Positions 11,987 through 25,934 of a stretch of 64,000 nt of DNA are shown here, in pieces (position 1 is the first letter of the stretch; every line of letters starts with the position of its first letter). Both the position numbers and the translations under genes were made by a program. Under the pieces are notes generated by a model. That model saw nothing but the letters and a program-made list of their open reading frames with translations. It was not told the DNA's origin and did not search any database. Location: positions 1-64,000 of the forward strand of contig JAXLNO010000628.1 in NCBI GenBank assembly GCA_038087875.1. The letters are read 5' to 3'. The DNA is from Malacoraja senta. Lineage: Eukaryota.

Positions 11987-12272
11987 ATTTAGTTTAGTTT
12001 AGTTCAGAGATACAACATGGAAACAGGTCCCCTCGACCCACCAAATTCATGCTGACCATTGATCACTCGTACACAAGTTCGATCCTACACCCGACGGACT
12101 CTAAAGAAGATACACCCTAATTAACTTTTAAAAACCTACTCGTCTTTGGAGTGTGGGAGGAAATCCATGCAGTCACAGGGAGAACGTACAAATGCCATAC
12201 AGACAGTACCCGTAGTCAGAATCGAACACGTCTCTCGCGCTTTATGGGAACAGCTGTACCACTGCGCCACTC
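11987..12272 (-). mobile_element. HE1-type V-SINE inserted in an old L2-like fragment (11845-12400)
   Basis: Reverse consensus with (TTTAG)n tail. Confidence 0.8.
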
Positions 12273-13296
12273 TGTCGACTTGAGGGGTACCTGGAAGTGA
12301 TGGAGATTCCATGTGCCTGCTGCCCTTACTCTTCATGCTGGTGACCATTAAAGCTTAGGGAGATGCTGTTGGCGAAGCCAAGCCAAATAACTTTAGTGCA
12401 TTTATCCTGAAAGCCACCCATTACCCCAGTGAGCATATTCTATCCCACCAGTGGCAGCGTCTGTAAGCCATAAATTGGCTTCAGCCAATTCAGAAGCAAA
12501 GACCCCCAGGGAATTCTTGTGGACCCAAGTCATTCTTGATCTGATGGTCTGTCTGTGAAATGAAGTAGCAGAAGCTCAAACGTAGCTCTTGCCGCATGCG
12601 AGAGTGAAGGTCTTCTTGAAAATAAGTAAAAGATATTACTTGGCAATAATAAAATTGATAAAAGCAAAAAATTGGATTCTGTGATTCTCCAGTCAAGATG
12701 CTTTGATTTGTGGAAGAGATATAGAAGAGATGGAAGTGTATTCCAGCATTAGAGTGATCTGTATGCACTGATTTTCCGGAATACACTGGTGAGATGGCAA
12801 TTGAACATTAATATCAGAGCTTTATTATTTATTCGAGGTTCGAACTGGCTGGATATACAAGTTAGGAAGGAAGGTTAAATGTAATCATTGGTGGAGCAGA
12901 GTTACTTAATAATCGGAGCTAAATGGTGAGTGACTTCAGTGACAAGAAAAATGGGTTAGTCAGCCATTTGAACTGTATTAACATAATTATTTTTTGAGCA
13001 ACGAGAAGACTTGCTGCAGGCATTGGAAAAGTCAAATTGTCCTCCAGCGATGACATTTTCCTTAAATAAAAATTCCATTGCAGTCTCAATTAACTTCAGT
13101 GGAAGTACACAGACCCAGAAATTACCTCTGCAAGAGATGGACTATGATGCAAATGCCTCGTCCATTTAAATCAATTTTAAAATTCATCCAAAATATTTGC
13201 ATCGACCATAGATCAGTGTTGTTAAAAATCCACAGATTTTTGGGAGGATCGTAGAAATTTTATATTGTAGCACATAAACTATGTGATCATAGGACA

Positions 13297-13352
13297 AGTC
13301 TGTGGAGGGAATGGACAAGCAACATTTCGGGTCGAGACCCTTCTTCAGACTG
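13297..13352 (-). mobile_element. Penelope-terminus fragment with hammerhead-like core
   Basis: ACATTTCGGGTCGAGACCCTTCTTCAGAC. Confidence 0.8.
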
Positions 13353-14164
13353 ATCACTCCAGACAATAAAGTTGATTAATTCTGATTCACGACTTGCCTT
13401 TAATAAGAGGGATATTCATGTCCATGTACACATAGTTTTAATTTTGGACTAATTGTTCTGTGGTTACTTGCTCGACACTTCTCTCATGCTTGATCTTTAC
13501 ATGAACCATTTCCTGCTTTGACAAGTTTGGCACCTTATTCACAGAGGTAAATACTTAATCTTATAATGTTTTAACCTACATAACTGTCCACCTTTCACCC
13601 AGCTCTTTAGTCCAAGGGTCCAGGGCAACTTCAGAATTTCTTGCACTATCATGGCCAAGATGTCATTGCCTAGTAGAGCCCAAAGACTAATTTCTGATTC
13701 TCCTAATATGAATAACTGGGCTACTGCTCGATAAATTCACAAAGCTGCCAAAAAAGGCTTTGTGTCGATACAATATTCAACCAATTTACTGCTATCAACC
13801 ATGTAAATCATTTGAAACATTAATTTATTCTCATGATCTTCTCCCAGTTTAATTTGAATACAAGACATTTATATTTGTGTTTTGTCATCTCTACGATATT
13901 TATTTTGTTGTTTACCTAAGATTGAATTTTGTAAAGACAAATTATCTGGTACTCTGTAAACCAAATATTCATGTTTGCCTCACAGCCTAAACAATGCAAA
14001 CTCGATATTCATTAATATTGCATTAACTACTGTAGTATTTCATAAGAGCTAACATTTGTTTATAAAGATGCTACTCTGATGGGTAATTTATTACAGTAAC
14101 TAGTTGAAATAATCCAAGTTTTTGTTCAATTTTGAAGTGTTTGTGTTCCTCCCATAAGATTGGC

Positions 14165-14355
14165 TATATTCATTGGCTATATTTAAGAGGGAGTTAGATG
14201 TGGCCCTTGTGGCTAAAGGGATCAGGGGGTATGGAGAGAAGGCAGGTACGGGATACTGAGTTGGATGATCAGCCATGATCATATTGAATGGCGGTGCAGG
14301 CTCGAAGGGCCGAATGGCCTACTCCTGCACCTATTTTCTATGTATCTATGTATCT
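14165..14355 (+). mobile_element. CR1 3' end
   Basis: ...GGGCCGAATGGCCTACTCCTGCACCTATTTTCTATGTATCTATG tail. Confidence 0.85.
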
Positions 14356-15169
14356 AAGATAGAAGGCATAGCTTTTATCCATCTGCCATGCAAAATAAGA
14401 CAGTAAGCAATTTATTTAGGGAACATTGACAACTGGACTTGAACTACAATATCAGCGGAGTAATTTTCATAAAAAATATGCAGAAAGTGAAGATAAATAG
14501 AACTCGATTTATAAAGTGAAGCCTTCTTTTGGAGTATTTCTATCAAGGAGAACAGCGGTTTGAAATGATTTGCGGGTTAGCAGGGGTCAATTTAAGCTGT
14601 CAGTTTGTATTGCTGTAAAACAAATGTTTCGGAGTAACTCAGCAGCCTGGTCATGATCAGGGTCAGGCATTCAGTGCTGTGTGGCTCTCTGTGGGACAAC
14701 ACATTGTTTATGGGTTCAACACTTCATGGAGTAGAATTCCTGCATAGTCTGTGGACTAAAAGGGGGGGCCAGGGACTCTTTATAAAGGTTTTCATAGAGG
14801 CAATCCAAGCAGATAAAGTGTAAGAAAAAGTAAACCTGTCCCTTTAACCTGTCCTCTTTGGACATGGCTCAGAATAACCTTCATCCATCCACCCCCTTCC
14901 CCTCCCCCCACCAAATCCCCAATCACAATTTCAGCAAACAAAGTAGACTTTCGGTGGAGAGAAAGGTGCATGGAAATTGCTGTTACTCCCAACTACAATT
15001 TTTCAAGCTCTGCAGCAAAATATGATATAATAACTATGTCTGTCCTTCCCTTATAAATTGTCTCGAAATGTTGCTGAATATCAGCATCTGCATTAAAGTA
15101 ATTTTATTGAATGCTGATCCTTCATTCACTTGGTAATGCCTCATTTGTTGAACTGTTACAGCAGTTATT

Positions 15170-15556
15170 GGGGAGGCTCAGTGGCGCAGTGGTAGAGTTG
15201 CTGCCTTACAGCACTGGAGACCCGGATTCAATCCTGACCTCGGGTTCTGTCTGTACAGAGTTTGAACGTTCTCTCTGTGACCGCAAGAGTTTTTACCCGG
15301 TGCTCCAGATTCCTCCCACACTCCAAATATGTACAGGTTTGTAAGTTTGAAAGTTAATTGGCTATGATGAAAAAATGGTAAATTGTCCCCAGTGTGTAGG
15401 ATTGTAAATTGTCCCCAGTGTGTAGGATTGTAAATTGTCCCCAGTGTGTAGGATTGTAAATTGTCCCCAGTGTGTAGGATGTCCCAGTGTACGGAGTGAT
15501 CGCTGGTGTGCGCGGACTAGATGTTTCCGCACTGTATGTCTAAAGTCTAAAGTCTA
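15170..15556 (+). mobile_element. HE1-type V-SINE with internal 26-bp tandem expansion
   Basis: GTAAATTGTCCCCAGTGTGTAGGATT x4 at 15378-15480. Confidence 0.85.
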
Positions 15557-18500
15557 TTTGGCAGGGTTCTCGTGCAGGACAGAGGTACGTGAGAGGCTAG
15601 AAGTTGGTATAGAGGGTGTGGTGGGAAAGGTTAGTGGACAGAATAGGCAGGTGAATGGTGGAGAGCGAGGAAGGAGGGTTGGTTTAAACTGCACGTATTT
15701 TAATGCAAGGGGCCTGACATGTAAGGCAGATGAGCTTAGGGCATGGATAGGTATGAGTGGCTGGGACGTTGTAGCCATGACTGACACCTGGTTAACGGAG
15801 GGGCAGGACTGGCAGCTCAATGTTCCGGGGTACAGGAAATTCAGGAGAGACAGGGGTGAGCGAAACAGAGGAGGGGGGTTTGCATTGTTGGTTAAGGAGG
15901 ATGTCACGGCAATGATCAGAGGTGACATTACGAATGGTTTGTCTAGTGAGGCTATATGGGTGGAGCTAAGGAACAAGAAAGGGATGGTCACCTTGCTGGG
16001 GGTGTACTACAGACCCCCGAATAGTCAACGGGAATTAGAAGAACAAATGTGCCAGGACTTTGCAGACAGCTGCAGGTCAAATAAGGTTGTTGTAGTAGGG
16101 GGATTTTAACTTTCCCAATATAGACTTGGAAAATCATAGCGCGAAGGGTTTAGATAGGGTGCAATTCCTCAAAAGTGTTCAGGAGGGTTTTCTTAAGCAG
16201 TATGTGGAGGACCCCACATGTGAGAGGTCAACGCTGGATCTAGTATTGGGAAATTGGGAGGGGCAAGTTAACAAAGTGTGTGTGGAGGAGCCTTTTGGGA
16301 CCAGTGACCACAGTTTGATTAGGTTTACAATAGTTATGGATACGGACGGAGAGGGTCCACGTGTTAAAATGCTCAACTGGGGTAAGGCCAACTTTGAGGG
16401 TATGAGAGAAAATCTCGCTCAAGTTGACTGGAACAGGTTATTTGAGGAAAAAGGAACATCAGCCAAATGGGATGTTTTTAAAAGTGTACTGAAGAAAGCT
16501 CTGGGTTTGTACGTCCCCGTTAGAGTGAAAGGCAAAGCAGGCAAACGTAAGGAAGCTTAGCTGATGAGGGAAATTGAGACATTAGTCAAAAACAAGAAGG
16601 ATGCATGAGACAGTTATAAGCAGCTGGGATCAAGTGCATCCCTGGAGGAGCTTCACGAACTAAAGAGTAAACTAAAACAGGAAATCAGAAGGGCAAAAAG
16701 GGGCCAGGAGATGGCCCTGGTGGGTAGCATTAAGGACAATCCCAAAAGATTTTATAAATACATAAGGGAGAAAAGGGTAACGAGAAAGAGTGAGACCTCT
16801 CATAAATCAAAGCAGTCACTTTTTTGTGGAGCCATAGGAGATGGGCAAGGTCCTAAATGAGTATTTCTCCTCTGTATTTACAGAGGGGAAAGACAATAGG
16901 ACAGAGGAAATTGGAGCAGTCACTGGAAGTGTCTTGAGAGCAGTCAGGGTTACTGTTGAAGAAGTACTGTGGGTACTGTCGTGTTTGAAGGTAGACAAAT
17001 CTCCAGGGCCTGATCAGATATATCCGAGGACATTGTGGAAAACTAGAGAGGAAATTGCGGGAACCCTGGTTGAAATTTATGAGTCGTCTTTAAATATAGG
17101 AGAGGTGCTGGAAGACTGGAGGGTGGCAAAAGTTGTTTTCAGGAAGGGCTGCAGGGAAAATGCAGGGAACTATAGGCCGGTGAGTTTAACATCTGTAGTT
17201 GGTAAGTTACTGGAGTGTATTCTGAGGGCTAGGTTATACAGGCATTTGGATGGACAAGGGCTGATTAGGGATAGTCAGCATGGTTTTGTACGTGGGATGT
17301 CATGTCTCACAAATCTGATTGATTTTTTTTAAGACGAGACCAAAAAGGTTGATGAGGGCAAAGCTGTAGATGTGTACATGGACTTCAGTAAGGTGTTCAA
17401 CAAGGTTCTGCATGGTAGGCTGATCTGGTAGGTTAGATCGCATGGGGTCCATGGAGATAGAGCTGAATGGATAGCAAATTGGCTCCATGGAAGGAATCAG
17501 AGGGTGATGGTGGAAGGTTGCTTCTCAGACTGGAGGCCTGTAACTAGTGGTGTGCCTCAGGGTTCAGTGCTGGGCCCGTTATTGTATGTCATCTACATCA
17601 ACGATTTGGATGAGTACATACAGGGCAAGATTAGCAAGTTTGCTGATGATACAAAAGTTAGTAGTTTTGCAGAAGGTGAGGGTGGTTGTGAAAGATTGCA
17701 GCAGGATCTGGATCGATTGGCTAGGTGGCAGAAGAATGGTTGATGGAATTTAATACAGAAAAGTGTGAGGTGTTGCATTTTGGGATGTCGAACAAGGGCA
17801 GGACCTACATAGTAAATGGTAGGCCTCTGGGTACTGTTGCAGAGTAGAGGGATCTAGGAGTACAAGTGCACGGTTCCTTGAAGGTCGAGTCGCAGGTAGA
17901 TATGGTGGTCATAAAGGCTTTTGGCACTTTGGCCTTCATCAGTATTGACTATAGAAGTTGGGAGGTCATGTTGCAATTGTATAAGATGTTGGTGAGACTG
18001 CAGTTAGAATATTGTGTTCAGTTCTGGGTACCATGTTATAGGAAAGGTATTGTCAAGCTTGAAAGGGTTCAGAAAAGATTTACAAGGATGCTGCCAGGAC
18101 TAGAGGGTGTGAGCTATAGGGAGCGGTTGAGTAGGCTGGGTCTCTATTCCATGGAGCGCAGGAGGATGAGGGGAGATCTTATAGTGGTGTACAAAATCAT
18201 GAGAGGAATAGATCGGGTAAATGCACAGAGTCTTTTGCCCAGAGTAGGGGAATCGAGGACCAGAGGACATTCGTTCAAGGTGAAGGGGAAAAGATTTGAT
18301 AGGAATCGTGGGGTAACTTTTTCACACAAAGGGTGGTTGGTGTATGGAACAAGCTGCCAGAGGAGGTAGTTGGGGCTGGGACTATCCCATCTTTTAAGAA
18401 ACAGTTAGACAGGTACATGGATAGGACAGGTTTGGAGGGATATTTACCCATGCGTAAGCAAGTGGGACTAGTGTAGCTGGGACATTGTTGGCCGGTGTGG
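15557..18500 (+). mobile_element. CR1 (HER1-like) LINE with disrupted ORF2 (APE endonuclease + RT)
   Basis: YFNARGL, YRPPNS, NYRPVSLTSVVGK, GVPQGSVLGP, KFADD, TRGHS; multiple stops and frameshifts. Confidence 0.95.
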
Positions 18501-18716
18501 TTTCAGTACTACATAGTTGAAAATTAGCCTTTCATAAAAATAAGATAAAATAATTTCCAATATATTTACTACCACTCTTTGTCACTTTGGAAAATTGAAA
18601 TTGTAGGTTGCGTTTGGAGTTCATCAAATGATGCAATTCCCTGAGGAGGAATGCTGGCCATGACAGATTCTGCAGACAACAATGTTTGTTATCGTTTGTT
18701 ATCGTTTGTTAATGTT

Positions 18717-21268
18717 TATTGCGTGGTGCTCAGACGTGGCAGTCCTGTCCAACTCCTGCTCTCCACACCTCGAACATCTGGCGGTGAAGTGTCGTCCCTT
18801 CTACCTTCCGAGGGAATTCACCTCCATCATCCTGACCGCGGTCTACATCCCACCCCAGGCAGACGTCCGTCTGGCACTGGGGGAGCTGCACGCCGTGGTC
18901 AACAAACACCAGACGTCTTACCCCGAGGCGTTTACCACCATAGCCGGGGACTTCAATAAGGCAAACCTAAAGAAATCACTCCCTAACTTACACCAACATG
19001 TCTCCTGCTGCACCAGAGGATCAAACACCCTCGACCACTGCTACACCACCATCAAGAATGCCTATCGCTCTATCCCTCGCCCTCACTTCGGTAAATCCGA
19101 CCATACCGCGGTGCTGCTTCTTCCTGCCTACAGGCAGCAATTAAAGAGCGCACCCCCAGAGGTGAGGACAGTACAGAGCTGGTCGGGGGGGGGGGGGCAG
19201 AGGAACAACTCCAGGACTGTTTGGAGTCTGTAGACTGGGCAATGTTCAAGGACTCGGCAACGGACCTGAACAAATACGCCACAGTCGTTACAGACTTCAT
19301 TAAGAAGTGTGTGGAGGACTGCATCCCTACCAAAACCTTCCGAGCATTTCCCAATCAGAAACCTTGGATGAACTTTGAGATCCGCACTCTTCTGAAGTCC
19401 AGACACCGGGCATTCATGTCTGATGATACAGTGGCCTACAAGGAGTCCAGATACGACCTTGGTAAGGCCATCAAAAAGGCCAAAAGGGACTTCTGCTCCA
19501 AACTGGAGGAAGAGACTGATGTTCGGCGGCTGTGGCAGGGCCTGAATGCAATCACCTCTTACAAGGCGAAATCAGGAGGCAGCTCGAATGTCGGCGAAAC
19601 ATCACTACCTGATGAGCTCAATGCCTTTTACGCACGCTTTGATAGGGAGAACACCGATGTGCCTTGCCGAGCCCCCATTCGCTGTGATGGTATTTCAGTC
19701 TCAGTCACAGAGGCCGACGTCAGGAAATCCTTCAGAGGGGTGAACCCTCGAAAAGCGCCTGGACCTGATGGTATACCTGGTCGCGTTCTAAAAACCTGTG
19801 CGGACCAACTGGCTGGAGTTTTTACAGACATTTTCAACCTCACTTCTGAGGTCTGAGGTCCCCACCTGCTTCAAAAGGGCATCAATGATACCAGTGCCCA
19901 AGAAGAGGAAGGTAACGTGCCTCAATGACTATCGACCTGTGGCACTAACGCCTGTGGTGATGAAGTGCTTTGAGAGGTTGCTCATGACGCCGATCAACTC
20001 CTACCTCGACAAAAACCTGGACCCACTGCAGTTCGCTTACCGCCACAACAGATCAACGGTGGATGCGATCTCGCTGGCCCTCCACTCCGCTCTGGACCAC
20101 TTGGACAACAAAAACTCATATGTCAGGCTGTTATTCATCGATTACAGCTCGGCATTTAACACAATCATCCCCTCCAAGCTGGTTACCAAACTCGCAGAAC
20201 TGGGTCTCTGCGCATCCCTCTGCAATTGGATCCTCGACTTCCTCACTCTCAGACCACAGTCTGTTTGTATTGGTGGAAATGTGTCAGACTTGATAACAAT
20301 TAGCACGGGAGCACCTCAAGGCTGCGTGCTCAGTCCCCTGCTGTACTCACTCTATACTCATGACTGCGTAGCCGGACATAGTGCGAACTCCATCATCAAG
20401 TTCGCTGATGACACCACTGTTGTGGGACGTATCACTGATGGGGATGTCAGAGTATAGAAGAGAGATCGAGCAACTGTCCATATGGTGCCAGCACAACAAC
20501 CTGGCCCTCAACACCAGCAAAACCAAGGAACTGATTGTGGACTTTGGAAGGAGTAGGATGGGGACCCACAGTCCCGTTTATATCAACGGGTCGATGGTTG
20601 AAAGGGTCAAGAGCTTCAAATTCCTGGGCGTGCACATCTCTGAAGATCTTTCCTGGTCCGAGAACAATGATGCCATTATTAAGAAAGCACATCAGCGCCT
20701 CTACTTCCTGAGAAGATTACGGAGTCGGTTTGTCAAGGAGGACTCTCATAACTTCTACAGGTGCACAGTAGAGAGCATGCTGACCGGTTGCATCGTGGCT
20801 TGGTTCGGCAACTTGAGTGCCCTGGAGAGGAAAAGACTACAAAAAGTAGTAAACACTGCCCTGTCCATCATCGGCTCTGACCTCCCTTCCATCGAGGGGA
20901 TCTACCACAGTCGCTGCCTCAAAAAGGCTGGCAGCATCATCAAGGACCCACACCATCCTGGCCACACACTCATCTCCCTACTACCTTCAGGTAGAAGGTA
21001 CAGGAGCATGAAGACTGCAACGACCAGGTTCAGGAACAGCTACTTCCCCACAGCCATCAGGCTATTAAACCTGGCTCAGACATAACACTGAACTTTACTA
21101 GCCAATACTGTTATTTGCACTTTATCAGTATATTGACCATTGTGTATATATTTATAGAATGCCTTGTAGTAAATGCCTACTATGTTCTGTTGTGCTCAAG
21201 CAAAGCAAGAATTTCATTGTCCTACCAGGGACACATGACAATAAACTCACTTGACTTGACTTGACTTG
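18717..21268 (+). mobile_element. Rex1/Babar-clade LINE, 5'-truncated, frameshifted APE + RT
   Basis: [57 protein letters not shown]; ends CATGACAATAAA(CTTGA)n. Confidence 0.92.
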
Positions 21269-21316
21269 AAATGCCACAGGGTGGGATAGGACCCCCACAA
21301 AGGTAAGTTCCATATA

Positions 21317-21443
21317 TGGACACACAAGAAACTGCAGAAGCGGGAATCTTGGGCAAAGCACAAAGTGCTGGAGGAACTCAGCAGGTCGGGCAGCATCTGT
21401 GGAGGGAACAGAGGTGTTTTTTCGAGTCAAGACCCTTCTTCAA
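21317..21443 (-). mobile_element. Penelope-terminus short element, degenerate
   Basis: GTGCTGGAGGAACTCAGC...GGCAGCATCTGTGGAG...GACCCTTCTTCA. Confidence 0.75.
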
Positions 21444-21447
21444 AAGA

Positions 21448-21686
21448 CCGAGTCTGTGCCGAACATGGATCACTAATTCTATCCTGCACACCAAGGACAA
21501 TTTACAGAGGCCAATTAACCTACAAACTTGCAAGTCTTTGGAAAGTGGGAGGAAACCGCAGCAGTAAAACCCACGCAGTCACATGGAGAATGTACAAATT
21601 CCGTACAGCCAGCACCTGTAGTCAGGATCGAACCTGGGTCTCTGGCGCTGCAATGCAGCAACTCAACCGCTGCGTCACTGTACCAC
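21448..21686 (-). mobile_element. HE1-type V-SINE, partial
   Basis: Reverse consensus with GGATCGAACC B box. Confidence 0.8.
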
Positions 21687-22019
21687 CCCAAAGTTCCTCC
21701 AGCACTTATTTAACTTCCATCCTTGCCTCAGTGTCCCCCCATCCCATCCCAGAGTTGCACCCACCCACCTTTGACTGCCAATCCACTAAATTATTCATAG
21801 CAATTACCTGCATACAATCAGCATACACCCACCCCCCACCATCCCCACAGGGTTCCAAGCTGCAAACAGCCAGCTCACCCCATCCCTCCCTTCATCGTGT
21901 CATCCAATAAACCTGCTTTTGACTACTCCATCCTAATCAATTAACTCAAAACACCATTCCTCTTCGAAGTATTGGAATGCATTACCACTTCATGATCGTG
22001 CAAGACTTTGTTCTGGATT

Positions 22020-22760
22020 TCATAGAAACACAGAAAATAGTTGCAGGAATAGGCCATTTAGCCTTTCGAGCCACAGATTCAATATGATCATGGGTGATCA
22101 TCCAAAATCAGGATCCTGTTCATGCTTTCTCCCCATATCGCTTGATTCCGTTTCATTCTCATTTAAAGCAGAGACTGATCCTGTCAAACAGTAGATTATC
22201 AACCACATTATTCTCGACCTTCCCACTTCTTTGATGCCCTTTATCATACCATCTTTCTCCAAGCTCTCCTTACTTCCTAAAGATGCCTCATTCTAAGGTA
22301 TGGAGTCACAGAATCATACAGCACGGAAACAGACCCTTCGGCCCAACTTGCCCATGTCGACTAACATGTCCCATCGACATGTCCCACCTGCCTGCATTTG
22401 GCCCATATCCCTCTACATCATTCTGTTTCTTCTCATTTCTCACCACATTTTGAAATTTTACTTGTTACACAATACCAATTCTATTTAAACATACATTGAG
22501 GTGAGAGTGGGAAAAAATTAAGGTGAGAGGGGAAAAATGTAAGAGGAACCTAAGGGGCAACTTTTTCGCACAGAGGGTGGTGGGGATACAGAACAGGTGG
22601 AGGCAAGTACTATAATGACATTCAAAAGACATTTGGATAGATCCATGGATAGGGATGATTTACAGGGATATTGGCCAAACACAGGCAGCTGGGACTAATG
22701 CAGATGGAGCATTCCTGTCGCATGGGCATGTTGGACCGAAAGGCCTGATTCCACTATGAC
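22020..22760. mobile_element. Cluster of CR1/HER1 3' fragments on both strands
   Basis: Tails at 22020-22150(-), 22300-22410(-) and 22495-22760(+). Confidence 0.7.
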
Positions 22761-23016
22761 ACATTGTCCCAGAGGTGGCACACAGTATTCTTCTGTCTTT
22801 GGGCCATCTTTGGCAACTGAATATCCCGCGCAAGGAAACATATCCTGAATAAGGAATGAAAGCTAATCGACCTGAAATGTCATCTTAATTTTATTCTTAG
22901 AAAATGTCTAATCTGTTTCCAATATGTTATCTTTTGGGTTATTTCTATTTTCCTGCTCTGTGCTTTGTAATTTTATAAATGTAAACAATATTCTTTAAAT
23001 TATCATTTCAATTATC

Positions 23017-23324
23017 TTAGTTTTAAGTTTCAATGATACAGCATGGAAACAGGCCCATCAGCCCACTGAGTCCACCTGGACCATCGATCACCCATTCCAA
23101 CTAGTTTTATGTTATCCCTCTTTCTCACCTTACGCACTAGGAGGAATTTTGAAGGCCAATAAACCTGCAAACCCACATGTAATTGGGATGTGAGAGGAAA
23201 CTGGAGCACCTGCAGAAAACCTACGTGGTCACAGGGGGAATATGCAAACTCCACATGGACATCACCCAACATCAGGATTGAACCCAAATCTCTGCTGCTG
23301 TGAGGCAGCAACTCTATCAGCTGT
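23017..23324 (-). mobile_element. HE1-type V-SINE
   Basis: Reverse consensus. Confidence 0.8.
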
Positions 23325-23889
23325 ATAGACCTGTTATACCTGTTCTGAACATAGTTTCAATACAGCAATTTCAATGATACGACTAAGAATTAAAACACTG
23401 AACCATTTCCATAACATGAACCATTTCCTCATTCCAGTACTCCATACACTGCATTATTTGTTACAGATATAAATTGTTTTTCATGTGTCCCTGGGAACCA
23501 GCAAGCTGATACAGAATAGTGCAAAGACCAACAATGTTTTCATCTAATTACTGCCTTAATTAAATGCTGCTTAATAATTATCATTTATTTAATCTTCTAA
23601 AGCACTTGTTTATTACTGATAAAGAATACAACATTGCTATCGATTCTAAATCAGCTAAAACAATGAAAATTACTTACATCAGGGAAGATACAGGTAACTG
23701 CAATTCTGGCTACAATAGCACAGTTGTTTTTATCAGGTAGCTGGTAAAGTGATTTTGAAAATACATCAAATACTTTCTCTATAATTTGTGAATAGCGTTT
23801 CCTGCAAGATCTTCCAGTTTTGGTCAATAGAGAGTTGGATTCTGTTACTCATTCCCATTAATGCCTGCCCATGTTTTATGACCTTCAAT

Positions 23890-24225
23890 TTAGTTGAGTT
23901 TAATTTAGTTTAATGTCACGAGTACCGAGGTACAGTGAAAAGCTTTTGTTGCATGCTAACCAGTCAGCAGAGAGACAATACATGATTACAACACGATATG
24001 ATAGACCTTACAATCAATCCATTTACAGTGTATAGATACATGATAAGGGAATAACGTTTAGTGCAAGATAAAACCAGCAACGTCCGATCAAAGATAGTCC
24101 GAGGGTCATCAAAGAGGTAGATTGTGGTTCAGCACTACTTTCTGACTGTGGTGGGATGAGTCAGTTGCCTGATAACAGCTGGGGGAAAACTGTCCCCGAA
24201 TCTGATACTGCGTTTTCACACTTCT
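23890..24225 (-). mobile_element. Rex1/Babar 3' fragment
   Basis: Reverse strand encodes a ...FPAVIRQL-like C-terminus; matches 2335-2575. Confidence 0.7.
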
Positions 24226-24689
24226 ATTGTCTCTCTGCAGTCACTACTGAAACTGCTGTAAGGATAGTTTCTGTGTGCTGTTAGAGCATTGCCCTATGCC
24301 TGTGGAGTGATAGTAGCTCTGTTGATAGAGCCAGTATGAGATGGTGTCCCTTTACAATACAAAAATGGGAATTTGATAGGGGCATCCTTGGGTGTCAATT
24401 GCCTTCCAAAAATATAGTGGGAAGAGAATCTGAGAGGACATTCACAGAGGGGACGTGGGTAGTAGTCCAGAAAATTAGCATCACTTGCAGCCCATTCATG
24501 TCATAATTTCCCCTCACTTTTCTTTGTCCTTTCAAGTTCAGTAGCTTTCTTGCCCCAACACATTGGCATTTGTTCTTGTTTACTTATCAACTATCTTAGA
24601 AAAATTCCATTATATCATGATTTATCCTTCTTTCGAACAGCAAACTTTAATGACTCTTATTCCCTGATATCAAATAATATCTATAGGAA

Positions 24690-25210
24690 GGACATAAAGT
24701 GCTGGAGTAATTGAGAGGGTCAGGCAGCATCCCTGGAGAACATGGACAAGTGATGTTTTGGTTCGGGATCGTTCTTCACACTCAGCATCTGCAGTCTGAA
24801 GAAGGGTCTCGACCCGAAACATCACCCATTCCTTCTCTCCAGAGATGCTGCCTGTCCCGCTGAGTTACTCCAGCTTTTTGTGTCTATCTTCGGTTTAAAC
24901 CAGCATCTGCAGTTCCTTCCTACACATCTGCAGTTCCTTGTTGTGGCTAAGGGTCTCAACCCGAAACATCACCTAGTAAAGAGTCAAGAGTGTTTTATTG
25001 TCATATGTCCCAGATAGAACAATGAGATTCTTACTTGAATTACACAACAGAATGTGTAAACATAGCATACTGCAAATAATATAATAAATGAGAGAGAAAA
25101 AAAAGTTCAGTGTGTGTATATATACCTATCCATGTTCTCCAGGAAGGTGGACTGACCCGCTGAGTTAATCCAGCATTTTGTGTCTTTCCTTAGTAAAACA
25201 GCATCTGTGG
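24690..25210. mobile_element. Nest of three Penelope-terminus elements plus a Rex1-like tail (24978-25125)
   Basis: Minus copy 24690-24782; plus copy 24796-24924 with CATCTGCAGT duplication; split plus copy 24950-24976/25126-25210. Confidence 0.8.
24796..24823 (+). ncRNA. Minimal type-I hammerhead ribozyme-like motif
   Basis: CTGAAGA-A-GGGT(CTCG)ACCC-GAAA-C-ATC. Confidence 0.65.
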
Positions 25211-25934
25211 TTGCTAATAAAGTAAGTATGTATGAGTATGAGTATGAATAGTTCCTGGTTTCTCTATATATTCTGCTCTTTAAAACTTACTTTGCAATCC
25301 CTGTTTGGATTTGAATACTAACTTGAATGACAAGTAGTCTCCCTCCACTTAGAAAGTGTTTATGACTTTTTGAACATTTTATACTGCCTACCTTGATTTG
25401 TTCAAGCTGTCATTCCCTGGAGACTGGAGGTTCGACAGTCAAACTGTTGAATCAGGCGACCCAGGCATAAAAACTTATCTTGTGAATTGCTGAGCTGAAT
25501 GGTAATCAAGGATGCATTTTAAAATATTCCTTCTCATTTGCAAGTCCAACATGTGAATAGCGCAAAGCATCCAGGTCTCGGATTTTGATCATTCAGTTGA
25601 GAAATATTACAAATAAAATGTAACATTAATGAATGCAAAAAATTGTAAACACAATAAAATTATGTTTAAAATGGCTCACTGTTTAAAGTAGCAATGTTTT
25701 TTTTTATTATTTGGTTGTGCATCTTACAAAATGTTATGAAATACTAACCCTCTGGTACCCAGTATATCCTCAGTATGAGATTTCTTCTCTAATCCTCATG
25801 AGGGATCTACTCGGGATGTATCCATTAGTTTTATCGTTCAATGGCTGATGTTTGCCAGGACTGGTGAACATGGCTCACTGATCTCCAACCCATTAGGTTT
25901 GCACTTACATCGTGCTGTTCATCAACAGTTAATC

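Noticed and set aside
12420..12620. Candidate minus-strand exon (ttttcaag ... gtaatg)
   Set aside because: Stops in all three frames.
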